DNA of 63,702 bases, filler included, from Octopus bimaculoides (lineage: Eukaryota), in NCBI RefSeq assembly GCF_001194135.2. It is 5 parts of 5 records of this genome, joined end to end, with 100 filler letters (N's around TTAATTAATTAA, not from the genome) between each part and the next. Parts side by side here need not be neighbours in the genome. Positions count along the whole stretch, not along the records: positions 1 to 26,536 come from NC_068998.1; 4 more parts are not named here. The stretch is one strand, 5' to 3'. The translations under genes and the position numbers were made by a program. Below the pieces are notes generated by a model. The model saw only the letters and a program-made list of their open reading frames with translations. It was not told the DNA's origin and did no database searches. Below are positions 11,313 through 22,442 of this stretch, piece by piece. Numbering within the stretch: position 1 is the first letter of the stretch; the number at the start of each line of letters is the position of its first letter.

Positions 11313-12249
11313 AGATTATTATTATTATTATTATTATCATTAGACTAATAATAATGATGAAGATGATGATGATGATGATGACAACATCCTTGAATTGTAT
11401 TATGTGGACACTGCGAGGGTAATATGATATCAGCTTCAGGCTAATGACCCTCAAGGGTAATAATATGAAATTGATTATAAATTAGCAGCGTGTACTTGAA
11501 ATGGGGGAAAGTATTCTGACGTCATTACACCGGGTAGATAAAAAGCAAAGTTGATCTTACAAATGCTTGAACTTAGAGACCTAAAGAGGCACAACTAAAT
11601 ACCTCTAAATATTATGTTTGAAATCAAAGTTTCTGTCGCTAATGGTTGTTAGAATAGGCACATGATCATACGTTTCGGTGGAGATGGAAAATATAGTGGG
11701 TTATAAGAGGAAAACTCCTAGCCGTCGTGTTCCCAAATGGCGGGTAGGAGAATATGGAAATAAACTGTCCTAAATCAAACACGGGGAGCTCGTTAGCAAG
11801 GCCTAGCACCCGACCTACAGTTAAAGGTGAAGCCATGGGAAGTAGTATGGCGGATGTGAAGTCTCGGTGGAAGAGTAATGTACTAATGGTGACACTCGTC
11901 CCGAACAGAAGACCCTCTGTGAGGTGAACAACCAAGATTAGTAAACTTCTAAAATGTATTTCTGCTGACACTTACTGACCCAGTGACTGTGGACATTATC
12001 AATCAACGAAATATATCTGAGTAAGCCTCATCAGATGAGTTTAACCCCGCTACTTAAATGGTATTTAGTTATTCATTCCCAGAATAATGGACAGCAAAGT
12101 CGGACCACTGGAGCTAGCATTTCTGTTCAATGCGTCTTCCTGGGAATGCTGGTCGCTAAAATAAATAATATAGTTTTGATCCAATGTAAGGAGGAAGCAA
12201 GAACTGTCACTAAATCATTTTCTTCTTGCCTCTATTTTTTTTTTGTCAT

Positions 12250-12625
12250 CTGTGTTTCTCTCTTTTGATAAAGGAACAAGTTCGAAACGTTGAACTTGTC
12301 CTTATTTCTTACAGCGTAATATTATCAATTTGCATTTCTTTTTGTTTTTCTTCGATTCTTTCTTCCTTGTTTCTGTTGTCTACAATAGATACCATGAAAG
12401 AATAGAGGGGTGGCCAGTTAAATCATTTATACATTGCCTGTTTCTCTCTCTCGATAGAGAAACAAGTTCGAAACGTTGAACTCGCTCCTGTTCCTTACAG
12501 CGTAAAATTATTACCTTGCTTTTCTGTTTGTTTTTCTTCGTTTCTTTTTCTCTCTCCTTGTTTATGTTGTCTACAATAAATACCATCAAATACTAGAGGG
12601 GTGGTCAATTAAATCATCTATTCAT
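12250..12625 (+). repeat. Tandem duplication, ~186-bp units, PLE-terminal-repeat-like
   Basis: aacaagttcgaaacgttgaact..cttacagcgtaa..gttgtctacaata..gaggggtgg..ttaaatcat occurs twice (GAAACGT at 12284 and 12470). Confidence 0.85.
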
Positions 12626-12812
12626 TTTCTATATAAAATTATGTCTCTGAGTCTATATTAAAAAAATCAAATATGTATTTATTCTCCTTCACATTGTTAC
12701 AATAAATAAACAGTAAATTCTTTAAGCTTCTCAAATCAGATATCCATCAGTAGGTTAACAACATTAATAATATTTCTTTCCATATGTCCTGACAACTATT
12801 TCCGATAGATTC

Positions 12813-12915
12813 ATCATCATCATCATCCTTCTCCTCCTCCTCCGCATCGTCCTTCTCACCATAATCTTCTTCTTCTTCTTCTTCTTCTTCTTCTTCTTCT
12901 TCTTCTTCTTCTTCT

Positions 12916-12950
<35 letters not shown>

Positions 12951-13135
12951 TTTTTCTTCTTCTTCTTCTTCTTCTTCTTCTTTGTCGTCGTCGTCGTCGT
13001 CGTCTTTTCCTGTTATCTCCTCTTCTCTCCCTCCTCCCCTCCTCCATTCTTCTCCCCTCCCATTCCCCATCACCTCTTCCTCCTCCTCCTTCTTCTCCCC
13101 TCCTCCTCTCCTCCCCGCTTCCTCCATCTTTTTCT
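12813..13135. repeat. Pyrimidine-rich (TCA/TCT/TCG/TCC)n microsatellite
   Basis: Direct; explains the poly-E/D/R ORFs. Confidence 0.95.
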
Positions 13136-13676
13136 TCTCTAAACACTTAAGTCCACGACATCAACGAAACGACGTTGTGCACTCAACATTGACCAATTTA
13201 CTTTCGCCCGTTGGTCACATATCCATGGCAACAACATCAAGCAGTTCCTCTAAAATCTAATATAACATCCGACTGGATAATCATTAAACTTGCAGAAATC
13301 TACGTCTTTCACAAAGCTCCTCCAACACGATACAGCTCTGTAGCTTAATTTTTAGTGATTCAATAACGATTGCCCTCTGGCATATTTGCTCTTCTCATAG
13401 CATGTCCAATTAAACTTAACCTTTTCCGATCCCAAAATGCTTTCAGCCGAGAAACTCTGCACTTTCTCAATTAGCCTTTCATTATTTATTCATTATGAGT
13501 GTATGCATATTTGCAAAAGTGTAATATCCGTCTTCAGAACTTTGTGTATGATACGTTCATAGCCATTTGAGTGGCAGTATATGTTCAATAACGATGGAGT
13601 GACAAGAAGAAAAACAAAGCAAAACAAAGCAATACAAAAAAAAAATCTGACAATCCAAATCTATTATATCTATACT

Positions 13677-13908
13677 GTGGAGGCGCAATGGCCCAGTTGT
13701 TAAGGCAGTGGACTCGCGGTCATAGAATCGCGGTTTCGATTCCCAGACCGGGTGTTGTGAGTGTTTATTGAGCGAAAACACCTAAAGCTCCACGAGGCTC
13801 CGGCAGGGGTTGGTGGCGAACCCTGCTGTATTTTTCCACCACAACTTTCTCTTACTTCCTGTTTCTGTTGTGTCTGTAATTCAAAGGGTCAGCCTTGTCA
13901 CAACAACA
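13677..13908 (+). mobile_element. Short SINE family C copy with CAA tail
   Basis: Colinear with 3823-4050, stops at cagccttgtcac+aacaacaat; TSD atatctatact. Confidence 0.9.
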
Positions 13909-13923
13909 ATATCTATACTATAA

Positions 13924-14137
13924 GGCGGCGATCTGGCAGAACGGTTTGCACGCCGGACGAAATGCTTGGTGGTATTTCGTCCGTCTCCACGTTCTGTGTT
14001 CAAATTTCGCCGAGGTCGACTTTGCCTTTCATCCTTTCGGGGTCGATAAAATAAGTACTAGTTACGCACTGGGGTTAATGTAATCGACTATCCCTCTCCC
14101 ACAAACTTCAGGCCTTATGCCTATAGTAGAAAGGATT
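13924..14137 (+). mobile_element. SINE family B with TSD
   Basis: ggcggcgatctggcagaacgg..gtagaaagga; TSD atat(c/t)tatactataa at 13909 and 14138. Confidence 0.9.
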
Positions 14138-14842
14138 ATATTTATACTATAATTTTATACCATGAAGGAATAGTAGTATAGAGGAATAATAGTATAAAGG
14201 AACAGTCGTATATATATTCATAATACTATTTCTATATATTATTATATCTATTATATACTGTACTACGACGAAAACATATACTTGTTTTGTACAAAGGAAT
14301 AGTAATATATATTCTTAATAATATGAGAACTGGACAGAAGAAGGCCTTCAGAGCGCTGTATTTTTATACTATGAACACGTTCATAGTTGATTCATAGGAA
14401 TAGCACTAAATATTCAGAATACTATTCCTATATGCTATTATATGTATTGTAAACGTTTATACTATGAATACATACATGTTATACGTGTATGTAATTTGTA
14501 ACTACGGTTTGACAAAGTTGTCTTTACAACTCAACTAGAAAGAGACACTTTAAAAATACTGTTATATTATATTAAAGCTGTTTTATTCCAAAATTTTCAA
14601 CGCATTGTGAGTTTAAATGCGTCAGGCGCTTCCGTTATGAGATTGTCAGCAATGAATGTTAATTTCCTCTTACGTCCAAATGCCTTTCATTGCAGTGTAT
14701 TATTCTCGTAGATCTGAATCTCTTTGCGACATACATACATACATACATACATACATGTGTGTGTATATATATATATACACGCACATAAAATTTATTCCTA
14801 ATTAAAGGTAGGATGTTGGTATGGGTAAATAAGAGAATGGGA

Positions 14843-14873
<31 letters not shown>

Positions 14874-14940
14874 CACACGCATATATATGTATGTATTTAA
14901 ATTATATATATGTATATATATATAAATTATATTATATATG

Positions 14941-15000
<60 letters not shown>

Positions 15001-15007
15001 CACACAC

Positions 15008-15092
15008 ACACATATATATATAGCTCAAATTTACATAAAACAAAAGACGATGACAGGTGAGTAAACAACAAGCAAGTGTATTAGTCTGACAT
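15008..15092 (-). mobile_element. Fragment of the PLE-tail-like repeat seen at 20760-20950
   Basis: atagctcaaatttac..aaaagacgatgacagg..aacaacaagcaagtgtatta matches the reverse complement of 20880-20950. Confidence 0.6.
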
Positions 15093-15157
15093 ATGTGTGT
15101 GTGTATGTGCGTGTGCGTATGTGGGTGTGTGCGGGCACACACACACATACACACATA

Positions 15158-15475
15158 CAGGTGTCGGACAAAATCATGGAAATGCCACTTTTATTTATTC
15201 AATGGACACATTCAAAACGTGCTATGTTTAAAGGCAATATATATATTGGGGTGAGATGAAAACCGACCCAGTAGCGGTACCTGCAGCCAGCGTGCTTAGA
15301 TGAAGTCTGTCACCACTGATATATAGGAAAACAGTGAACAAGCAATCATTGGTGTTGCTTAATAGCCAAACAACTAAATAGAAATCCGTTATGAACCAGC
15401 AGTAATAGATTAAAGTAGCAAAGATCGGATTTTTATTCCAACGGGTGGCTATTCGCAACACGAGTGATTGTTGAG
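15158..15475 (+). mobile_element. Tc1-like element, terminal (5') fragment
   Basis: TA|caggtgtcggacaaaatcatggaaatgcca resembles the TIR at 54220. Confidence 0.55.
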
Positions 15476-17149
15476 AAGAAAAAAAGAAAAGAAGAAAAGA
15501 AGATACACAAGGCTGAAGTAATTCCTTTTTAGATTAATATATCTCCCCCACCCCCATCACATTTTCCCAGATGGGTTTCCGTTATTACAAAGAAAAATGA
15601 TTATGTACATCGTACTTTGCTGTTTAAACCAACTTTAAACTTATCAAAGAATAACCCCATCGAAATATTTCTAAAGCTGTCATTTTTCCTGCTTCGTTTC
15701 TGTTAATTTTATAATTTCGAATTCGTTAAATTCAATTTATTGCAAAGTAGAATTGCTTCTTAATAAGTAGCATTTTTTTTGGTTAATTGTTCTTTTAATA
15801 CCTTATTATATAGATATATAAATCGTCCAGTGCTGTTTTAAAGCGTTTATATATTTTCTACTGCAATCGGTAAATGCTTGAAAATGGGTTTTGGTTTTTT
15901 TTCGCAAGGAAACTCACTCTGATCAACTATCTGACGGCTTTCGTCTCTCACAGTGCCCATATTACTCTATGTAACTCATTTACCGTGACCACTCACAAGA
16001 AAGATTTGATTTAAAAGGAAGTGATTGGTCTAGGAAAGCAAAGCTAGTAAGACACAGAGTACCATAGAAAACGGTAATACGTAATTTGGACTTTTCAAAT
16101 ATGCAACAAATAATTGTAAGTCAAAAGTGTGAACAAGTTGAGATAAAAATCACCGCAACAAGTAAATGCTTGATGTGAATTAGGAAGAAAAAGAAGTGAT
16201 GTAAATGAATCAGAAGCAAGGCTTCAGGTAGAAAGAATAACCACAAGACAAAATGAAGCACAGGAAGAAATAAAATAAGGCAACGTTCGAAATAGAATAA
16301 AGACGAATAACTAAAATATTCCTGACTGAAAATGCACAAGAACCACTAAACGAGTGTTAAGTGTTGGAGATTAGATCTAGAGTGTTTATTGTCCCCAAAG
16401 TTGAAGAAGAAAAAAAACCATCAACACAAGACAAGCAAATGAAGTTATTCAAAATAGAAGAAAAGAAAGAGTTGAAAGTAATAAAATGTACAAGAATACT
16501 TTTACAGAAGAAAATTTACTGCGTCATCAATGTGGTCCCATGAATAGTGTTTGTTAATTTTATAGTGACAAATGTTTCTTATCACAGTTTTCTTGAGATA
16601 ATAAATTCAATGACAACTGTCACAAAACTAAACCAGATTGCCTAACAAAAGAGAAACTCCATCATATCTTCGCAATGTAATGAGAAACCAGAGGAATAAC
16701 AATTACAGATACTTGAAAGGACAACATATGAACGTATTAGATCGCATCATTGAACATTCTTTTCTGCATTGCTAGAAGCTTGAGATATCTCATTCTGCGG
16801 GTCTTGGTCCGTGTTGTTTTCGCTTTGTTGGCCAAATCGATCATCGCACGAGAAATATGCATGCCATTGGAAGAGAACTTGACAGCTTGCCCAATTCTTT
16901 GTAGTTGATTTGAAAAAGGCTGCTGCTATTAAATTTCAGAATAATGTGAGATAGATTTTTCAAATTAACAAACGATATGCATACATTCGTATATGAAATG
17001 TTAGAATTTGAAAGTGAAGAGACTCAATTAGCAGCAGAACATAATATTTCAACACCAGCAGCCAACATAAGCATTTACAACAGATCGAAACACTTACTGA
17101 ATTTATTGTATTTTCCCAGCCGAGAATGAAGTTGCAATGATTTTTTGAA

Positions 17150-17848
17150 TAATCATGGTAAACCCCTTGTAAACATATCTTCAGTATTCATGCCCGAATC
17201 AAGAAACTCAGCGCATCGTATTAATTAGATCGGTTATCAATCACGACCCAGTCACATACATATCATTTTATTTCAAGGAAGAACCAGGATGACAACAAAG
17301 CTCGAACATTAATCCTAACCTGATTAATAGTAATAAATGCACCAGTATTTGTACGTTGCAAAACATGCAATAAAAGAAGAATATAATCCTTTCTACTCAA
17401 GGAACAAGGCCCGAAATTTTTGGGGAGGGATTAAGTCGATTAGATCAACCTCGGTACGCAACTGGTACTTAATTTATCGACCCCGAAAGGATGAAAAGCA
17501 AACGATATAAGATAATTTCTCGCCTTGAACAGCTTTCTTCAGACAAACTAAATAATGTGGCAAGAATGGTTTCAGATAAACTTGACAAATTTATTGAAGG
17601 ATTTACTCGTTAAGGCTTATTCTTGTTCCATCGAATTCTATATTCAGGTATAACATTATTCCCATATTCGGATCATTTTGGATGGAGAAGATAAATTTAA
17701 TTACATTGGTAAAAAAAATAAGATGAAATCGTGTACGCAGAGGCCCTTAATCGATATACTGAGTCAACACTTTACGAAATCGTTACGAGATGCATGATTC
17801 ATGGTCCCTGTGGAAATCATAATTCTTATTCACCATTCATGGATGATG

Positions 17849-17893
<45 letters not shown>

Positions 17894-18030
17894 GGTAGTA
17901 AAGGCATCCTTAAGAAATTGAAGAACTACACTGCAGTAAATGTCGATGGTGACTACGAGCGATAAGATGACAAATGAGATGAACAAATACCATTGTTCAA
18001 ACTGACAACCATTCAGTTGACAGCAGATAA
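17150..18030 (+). mobile_element. Degraded Helitron Rep-domain remnant
   Basis: NNVARMVSDKL, EF..HIRIILDGEDK and LYEIVTRCMIHGPCGNHN match Helitron Rep motifs (VARxF, EFQxRGLPHxH, MxHGPCG); many stops; interrupted by SINE-B and (TAA)n. Confidence 0.7.
17385..17500 (-). mobile_element. SINE-B 3' part
   Basis: atcctttctactcaaggaacaaggcc..actggtacttaatttatcgaccccgaaaggatgaaa. Confidence 0.8.
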
Positions 18031-18392
18031 ATGCATTCCTTAGAACAAACAACTCACCTTCAAGTTATAACTCTCTCTAAACAGGAGAACGATCTCCAGT
18101 TGAATCAGTCAGATGAAGCTACATTTGCGTATGTGTGTATGGGTGAATGTTCGAGTTCAGCCGTGAGCTGCTGTCTGTAGTACGTTGTTCTGAGTTGAAC
18201 CAGGAATCGGGCTAACTTGAAGCTATAGACAAGGGTCAAGGAACATTCACGCAGGCAATCGAGTGTCTTTACTGACTATTTTAAACAAAATTTATAAAAT
18301 AAATAGATCACTTTATGCTTTAAAGCTTGTTTTATCTTGACAGGTACTACAATACACAGACACAGACACAGACACACAGATAGACACATACA

Positions 18393-18434
<42 letters not shown>

Positions 18435-18440
18435 TACATA

Positions 18441-19130
18441 CAGGGTGCGGTGAATAAATTGTCGTCTAAATTACGCAAAAATGAAAATAACACTAACATC
18501 TCATTTTTGCAGATATATTTATCAAAATTACAGAGAAATATCTTGAAATACTAAAGAGTAAATTTATTCAATAAAATCGCCATTGGCTTCAGCCGTGGCC
18601 TCCAGATGGCTTTGCAATCTTCTGCAACTCTTCTGGGCGATCTCCTTGTTTAAGTTGGTCAATGCTGCCATAATTCTTGCCTTCAGTTCATCTTTGGTGT
18701 TACAAGCAGTTTTGTTGGTCTCTCACTCAACTGCGCCTCGCACATACTAATCAAGGGGGTTGTAGTCTGGGGAGTTAGGTGGCCAGATGTTAGAGGTGAT
18801 GCGGTCGCAGAAATTGTCAGACGGCCATGGCTGGCTTCTCCTTCTTGTGTGGCATGGTGTAGAGTCCTGTTGTCAGACATAGAGACTTTCAGCAGCCACC
18901 CTCTTGACCGAGGGTAGAACTACCTCTTCCAGGCACATGATGTAGGCCTCCGTGTTGAGTCTGAGACCGTGTGGGAAGATGAATGGAGACATAACGTCGC
19001 CATCACTAGTGATCACTCCAAACACCATGATGTCGACTGGATGTTTGATTTTTGTTTTATTCCAATGATTGTTCCGGGTGTTCACCATCTGATCCCAGCA
19101 GAGATTTTACTCGTTTGAGAAAAACCACAT
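18441..19130 (-). mobile_element. DD37D (maT) transposase 3' half with terminal TIR, pseudogenised
   Basis: WFFSNE..HPVDIMVFGVITSDG..QQD(37 aa)WPPNSPDYNPLD..RLQSHLEATAEANGDFIE*; in-frame stops; TA|cagggtgcggtgaataaatt end. Confidence 0.9.
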
Positions 19131-19378
19131 ACTTTGCAATGTCAAAATATATTTCAGTTTTTCATTAACCAAATTAATGCGCTATATATGCAAATAGGTC
19201 AAACTAATCTACTTAGATCCTTAGTAATACCGGGTTTATAAACCGTATCTCCGTGAACATGAGATCCCCAGAGAAGACTGAAGCAAGTCTACGTAATCCC
19301 TTTTTTTTACTTCCCATGGAAACAGGCATAGAAACACAAGATGTTTACATCTGTCTATAGACAAAATGTTGGCTAAAA

Positions 19379-19379
<1 letters not shown>

Positions 19380-19434
<55 letters not shown>

Positions 19435-19670
19435 GTCTGTCTGTCTGTCTCTCTTTCTGTCTGTCTGTCTGTCTGTTTATCAATCTATCTATCTGTCTGT
19501 CTATTTGTCTGTCTGTCTACACACACACACGCACACATACATTTATATTTACACACTCACACACACACACACACACGCACTTACACACACATATATATAT
19601 ACATTTATATATACATATATATATAAATATTTATATATAAACATACATACATACATACATACATATACTC
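19380..19670. repeat. (TCTA/TCTG)n, (CA)n, (TA)n cluster
   Basis: Direct. Confidence 0.95.
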
Positions 19671-20032
19671 ACACATCGTGAATACATCGCAGTAAAATAT
19701 ATTTTATCTGTTTATCACAAATATTGAAACTTTGGGTTGCAAAAATAGTAGACATAGAAATAGAAACAGACAGTTCACTATTTTTTCCTGCTGGTGACAT
19801 TAATAAGTATAAGCTCGAGCGATTTTGAGATATTTTCGTATTGTTTTGTCACACTTTATCATTGCTTTGATGAAATATGAAAGGAACGGTAGACTTAGCA
19901 CGGAAGGTAAACAACGAGACTAGATATTTTGAGATAATTTGTTTGATGTGTTATTTGTTCCAGTTCAATCACCTTCAAAATCGATTTTACCGTTCATTTA
20001 TTCGGGGTCAATGAAATATAATTTCAGTTTAC

Positions 20033-20560
20033 AGGCGTAGGTATGGATGTGTGGCTGTGTGGTTAAGAAGCTCGCTTTGCACCCACGTTGTTTCAGGTTC
20101 AGTCCCATCGCGCGGTGGTTACCTTACCTAGTGTCTTCTACTATGGCTTTGATCCGACCAATACCTTGTGAGTAAATGAGGTAGGGAGAAACTGTGCAGA
20201 ATCTCGTCGTAAATATATTCTTGAAGGGTTTTAGTCGAACAAATCGACCTCAGTACTTATTTTTTGCTAAGTCTAGTACTTATTCTATCATTTTTTTGTG
20301 CGCCGAACTGCAAAGTTACAGGGACGTAAGCACACCAACACCAGTTTTCAAGCGGTGATGGGGTGACAAACACAAAGGCAAACATAGATACATACATATA
20401 TACATATATACGACAGGCTTCTTTCAGTTTCACTCTACCAAATCCACTCGCAAGGCTTTGATCGGCCCGAGGCTATAGTAAAAGACACTTGCCCAAGGTG
20501 CCACGCAGTAGAATTGGACCCGGAGCCATGTGATTAGGAACCAACTTCTTACCGCGCCTG
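20033..20560. mobile_element. Two SINE-A copies converging: 20033-20215 (+) and 20222-20560 (-)
   Basis: Family A head and body motifs in opposite orientations. Confidence 0.8.
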
Positions 20561-20759
20561 CTCACCCATCATTCGAAAGCTAAAACAATTTGGGCAAGCA
20601 TTGTGACCAACGGTGTATCACTTCATCCGATAGTCTTGTCGATACGATGATATGCATACATTCATACACGCGCACACATACGTACACGCGCACACATACA
20701 TACACAAACACATACATATATATATATATGAATATATGAATGTATCTATATGCGTTGAA

Positions 20760-20950
20760 CCATTAGTCTCTACAAATTTTTCTCTCAGCTTTTTTCTTTC
20801 TTTCTCCGTTTATTCCTCTTAATTCTTTCTGTCGAAGAGCGTAGGTTCGAAACGTCAAAGACTTTTCATTCTTCCCGAGCGTTAAATTAATATACTTGCA
20901 CGTTGTTCCTACGCCTGTCTTCATCTTTTGTTTCCTGTAAATTTGAACTA
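20760..20950 (+). mobile_element. PLE-terminal-repeat-like element with a hammerhead-like motif
   Basis: tcttt-CTGTCGA-A-GAGcgtaggTTC-GAAA-CG-TC-aaaga, followed by a T-rich tail ending in (TA)n. Confidence 0.6.
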
Positions 20951-20959
20951 TATATGTAT

Positions 20960-21130
20960 ACGTATGTCTCTTTGTGTTGGTTTGTTAGCGGTCAGGCTAA
21001 CAGAGAGCGACAGAATAAGTATAAGACTTTAAAACATAAGTACTAGGATCGATCTGAAACCCTTCAAGGTGGTGCGGTGCCCCAGCATGATCGCAGTCTA
21101 ATGGCTGAAATAAATGAAAGATAAAAGATA
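20960..21130 (+). mobile_element. SINE-A 3' end
   Basis: gacagaataagta..aaacccttcaaggtggtgcggtgccccagcatga.. Confidence 0.7.
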
Positions 21131-21992
21131 CTGGGTTGAAATCTATTGATGTATGGAAAATGCATTATCTCAATGGCTTTCAATTTTTATATATTTTGCA
21201 TTTCTAACCCCTTGGCGTACTGCGGATTAAACAGAAAAGAATTCCTGATGCAATTCACAGGAAAAGTTAAAAAATAGATATGTTTTATAGCTAAAAATTT
21301 AGAATAAAATTATATAGAAGATTCTCTTTCTTGATTCTATTTGATTCAGTCATTGGACTGCAGCCATGTTTTGGCACCGCCTTCAAGGGTTTGGTCCAGT
21401 AGTTTCCAATCTATTTGCAGTGGTTCCCAATCAGAGGCGTTTGTAAGCCGAGGTGCTGCTGTATTAAATGAATATGAGAAAGACAGGAGATAAAGTACGA
21501 TTTATTTGTGATCAGAGTTGTTCGAAAACCGAGGTTCTGCTGTACAGTTATTACCTCGAATATAGTGAAAATTCTGATGGGCTGTTATCATTGGAATTAT
21601 CTTTCTTGGTTGGCGCCTTTAGAGTTAAAATACCCTACAGGAAGTTTTTATATAATAATTGCACGGATAATTTCACTTTTCAACTCCTTACAGTTCATTT
21701 CTGAGACCGTATCGTTTGCATAGTTAGCGTCGTTTTGTAGTCTTTGATTTTTTTCATGTTTTACGTGTGTCATCGTGTTAGCATTATTATTCTCAGACGA
21801 AATCCATTGATCTGGCGCCCATAACAACTAAACCAAGTTCTATATAAATTTATCTCATAACACGTGTAAAAAAAAAACCCTCATTTTATCTAAAAAAAGA
21901 ACCAACTAAATAAATAAAATATTTTACTGCGCTTTACTGCGTGGATATTATCTTCACCATATATGTATCTATATAGAACATGAGGCTTTAGT

Positions 21993-22442
21993 TCAAATCA
22001 TTAAGAATATTTAATTAGAGTAAGGCGAATTTGAAGTAATTAATTAATTAATTAATCAATTACTGGATTCTTGCTGCTGTTTCTTGGTTATACCAAGTGA
22101 TAGGTTAGCATCTCCATACACTGGGTATTCCGTTATCAGAGACAAGGTGAGTATGTATGAAAGTTCTAGACAAGGAATTCACAGTTTATAAAGGAATAAA
22201 GGAGTAGACAGAAGAATAAAGAGTAAAACAATAGATATAAAGTTCACATCTGTGAATTCCCTGTCTAGAACTTTCGTACATACTTACCTTGTCTCTGATG
22301 ACGGAATACTCAGTGTAATGAGATACCAACCTCTCACTTGGTATATCCCAGAAACCGCTGTAAGACATTGATTAATTAATTAACTAATTAATTAATTACT
22401 TCAAATTCACCTTACTCTAATCAAATATTCTAAATGACTTGA
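21993..22442. repeat. Foldback element: ~192-bp inverted arms with a 65-bp spacer
   Basis: Arm 21993-22184 is the reverse complement of 22250-22442 with scattered mismatches. Confidence 0.95.
22290..22367 (+). ncRNA. Type I hammerhead-ribozyme-like motif
   Basis: tgtct-CTGATGA-[49-nt stem II region]-GAAA-CCGCTG-TA-agaca: canonical core, 5-bp stem I, GUA cleavage triplet; stems II and III imperfect. Confidence 0.6.

Noticed and set aside
11666-11971. 101-aa minus-strand ORF
   Set aside because: No recognisable domain or splice context; probably a decayed repeat
12747-13260. Poly-E/D/R and poly-D ORFs (also 45092-45792)
   Set aside because: Trinucleotide repeats with no flanking coding signature
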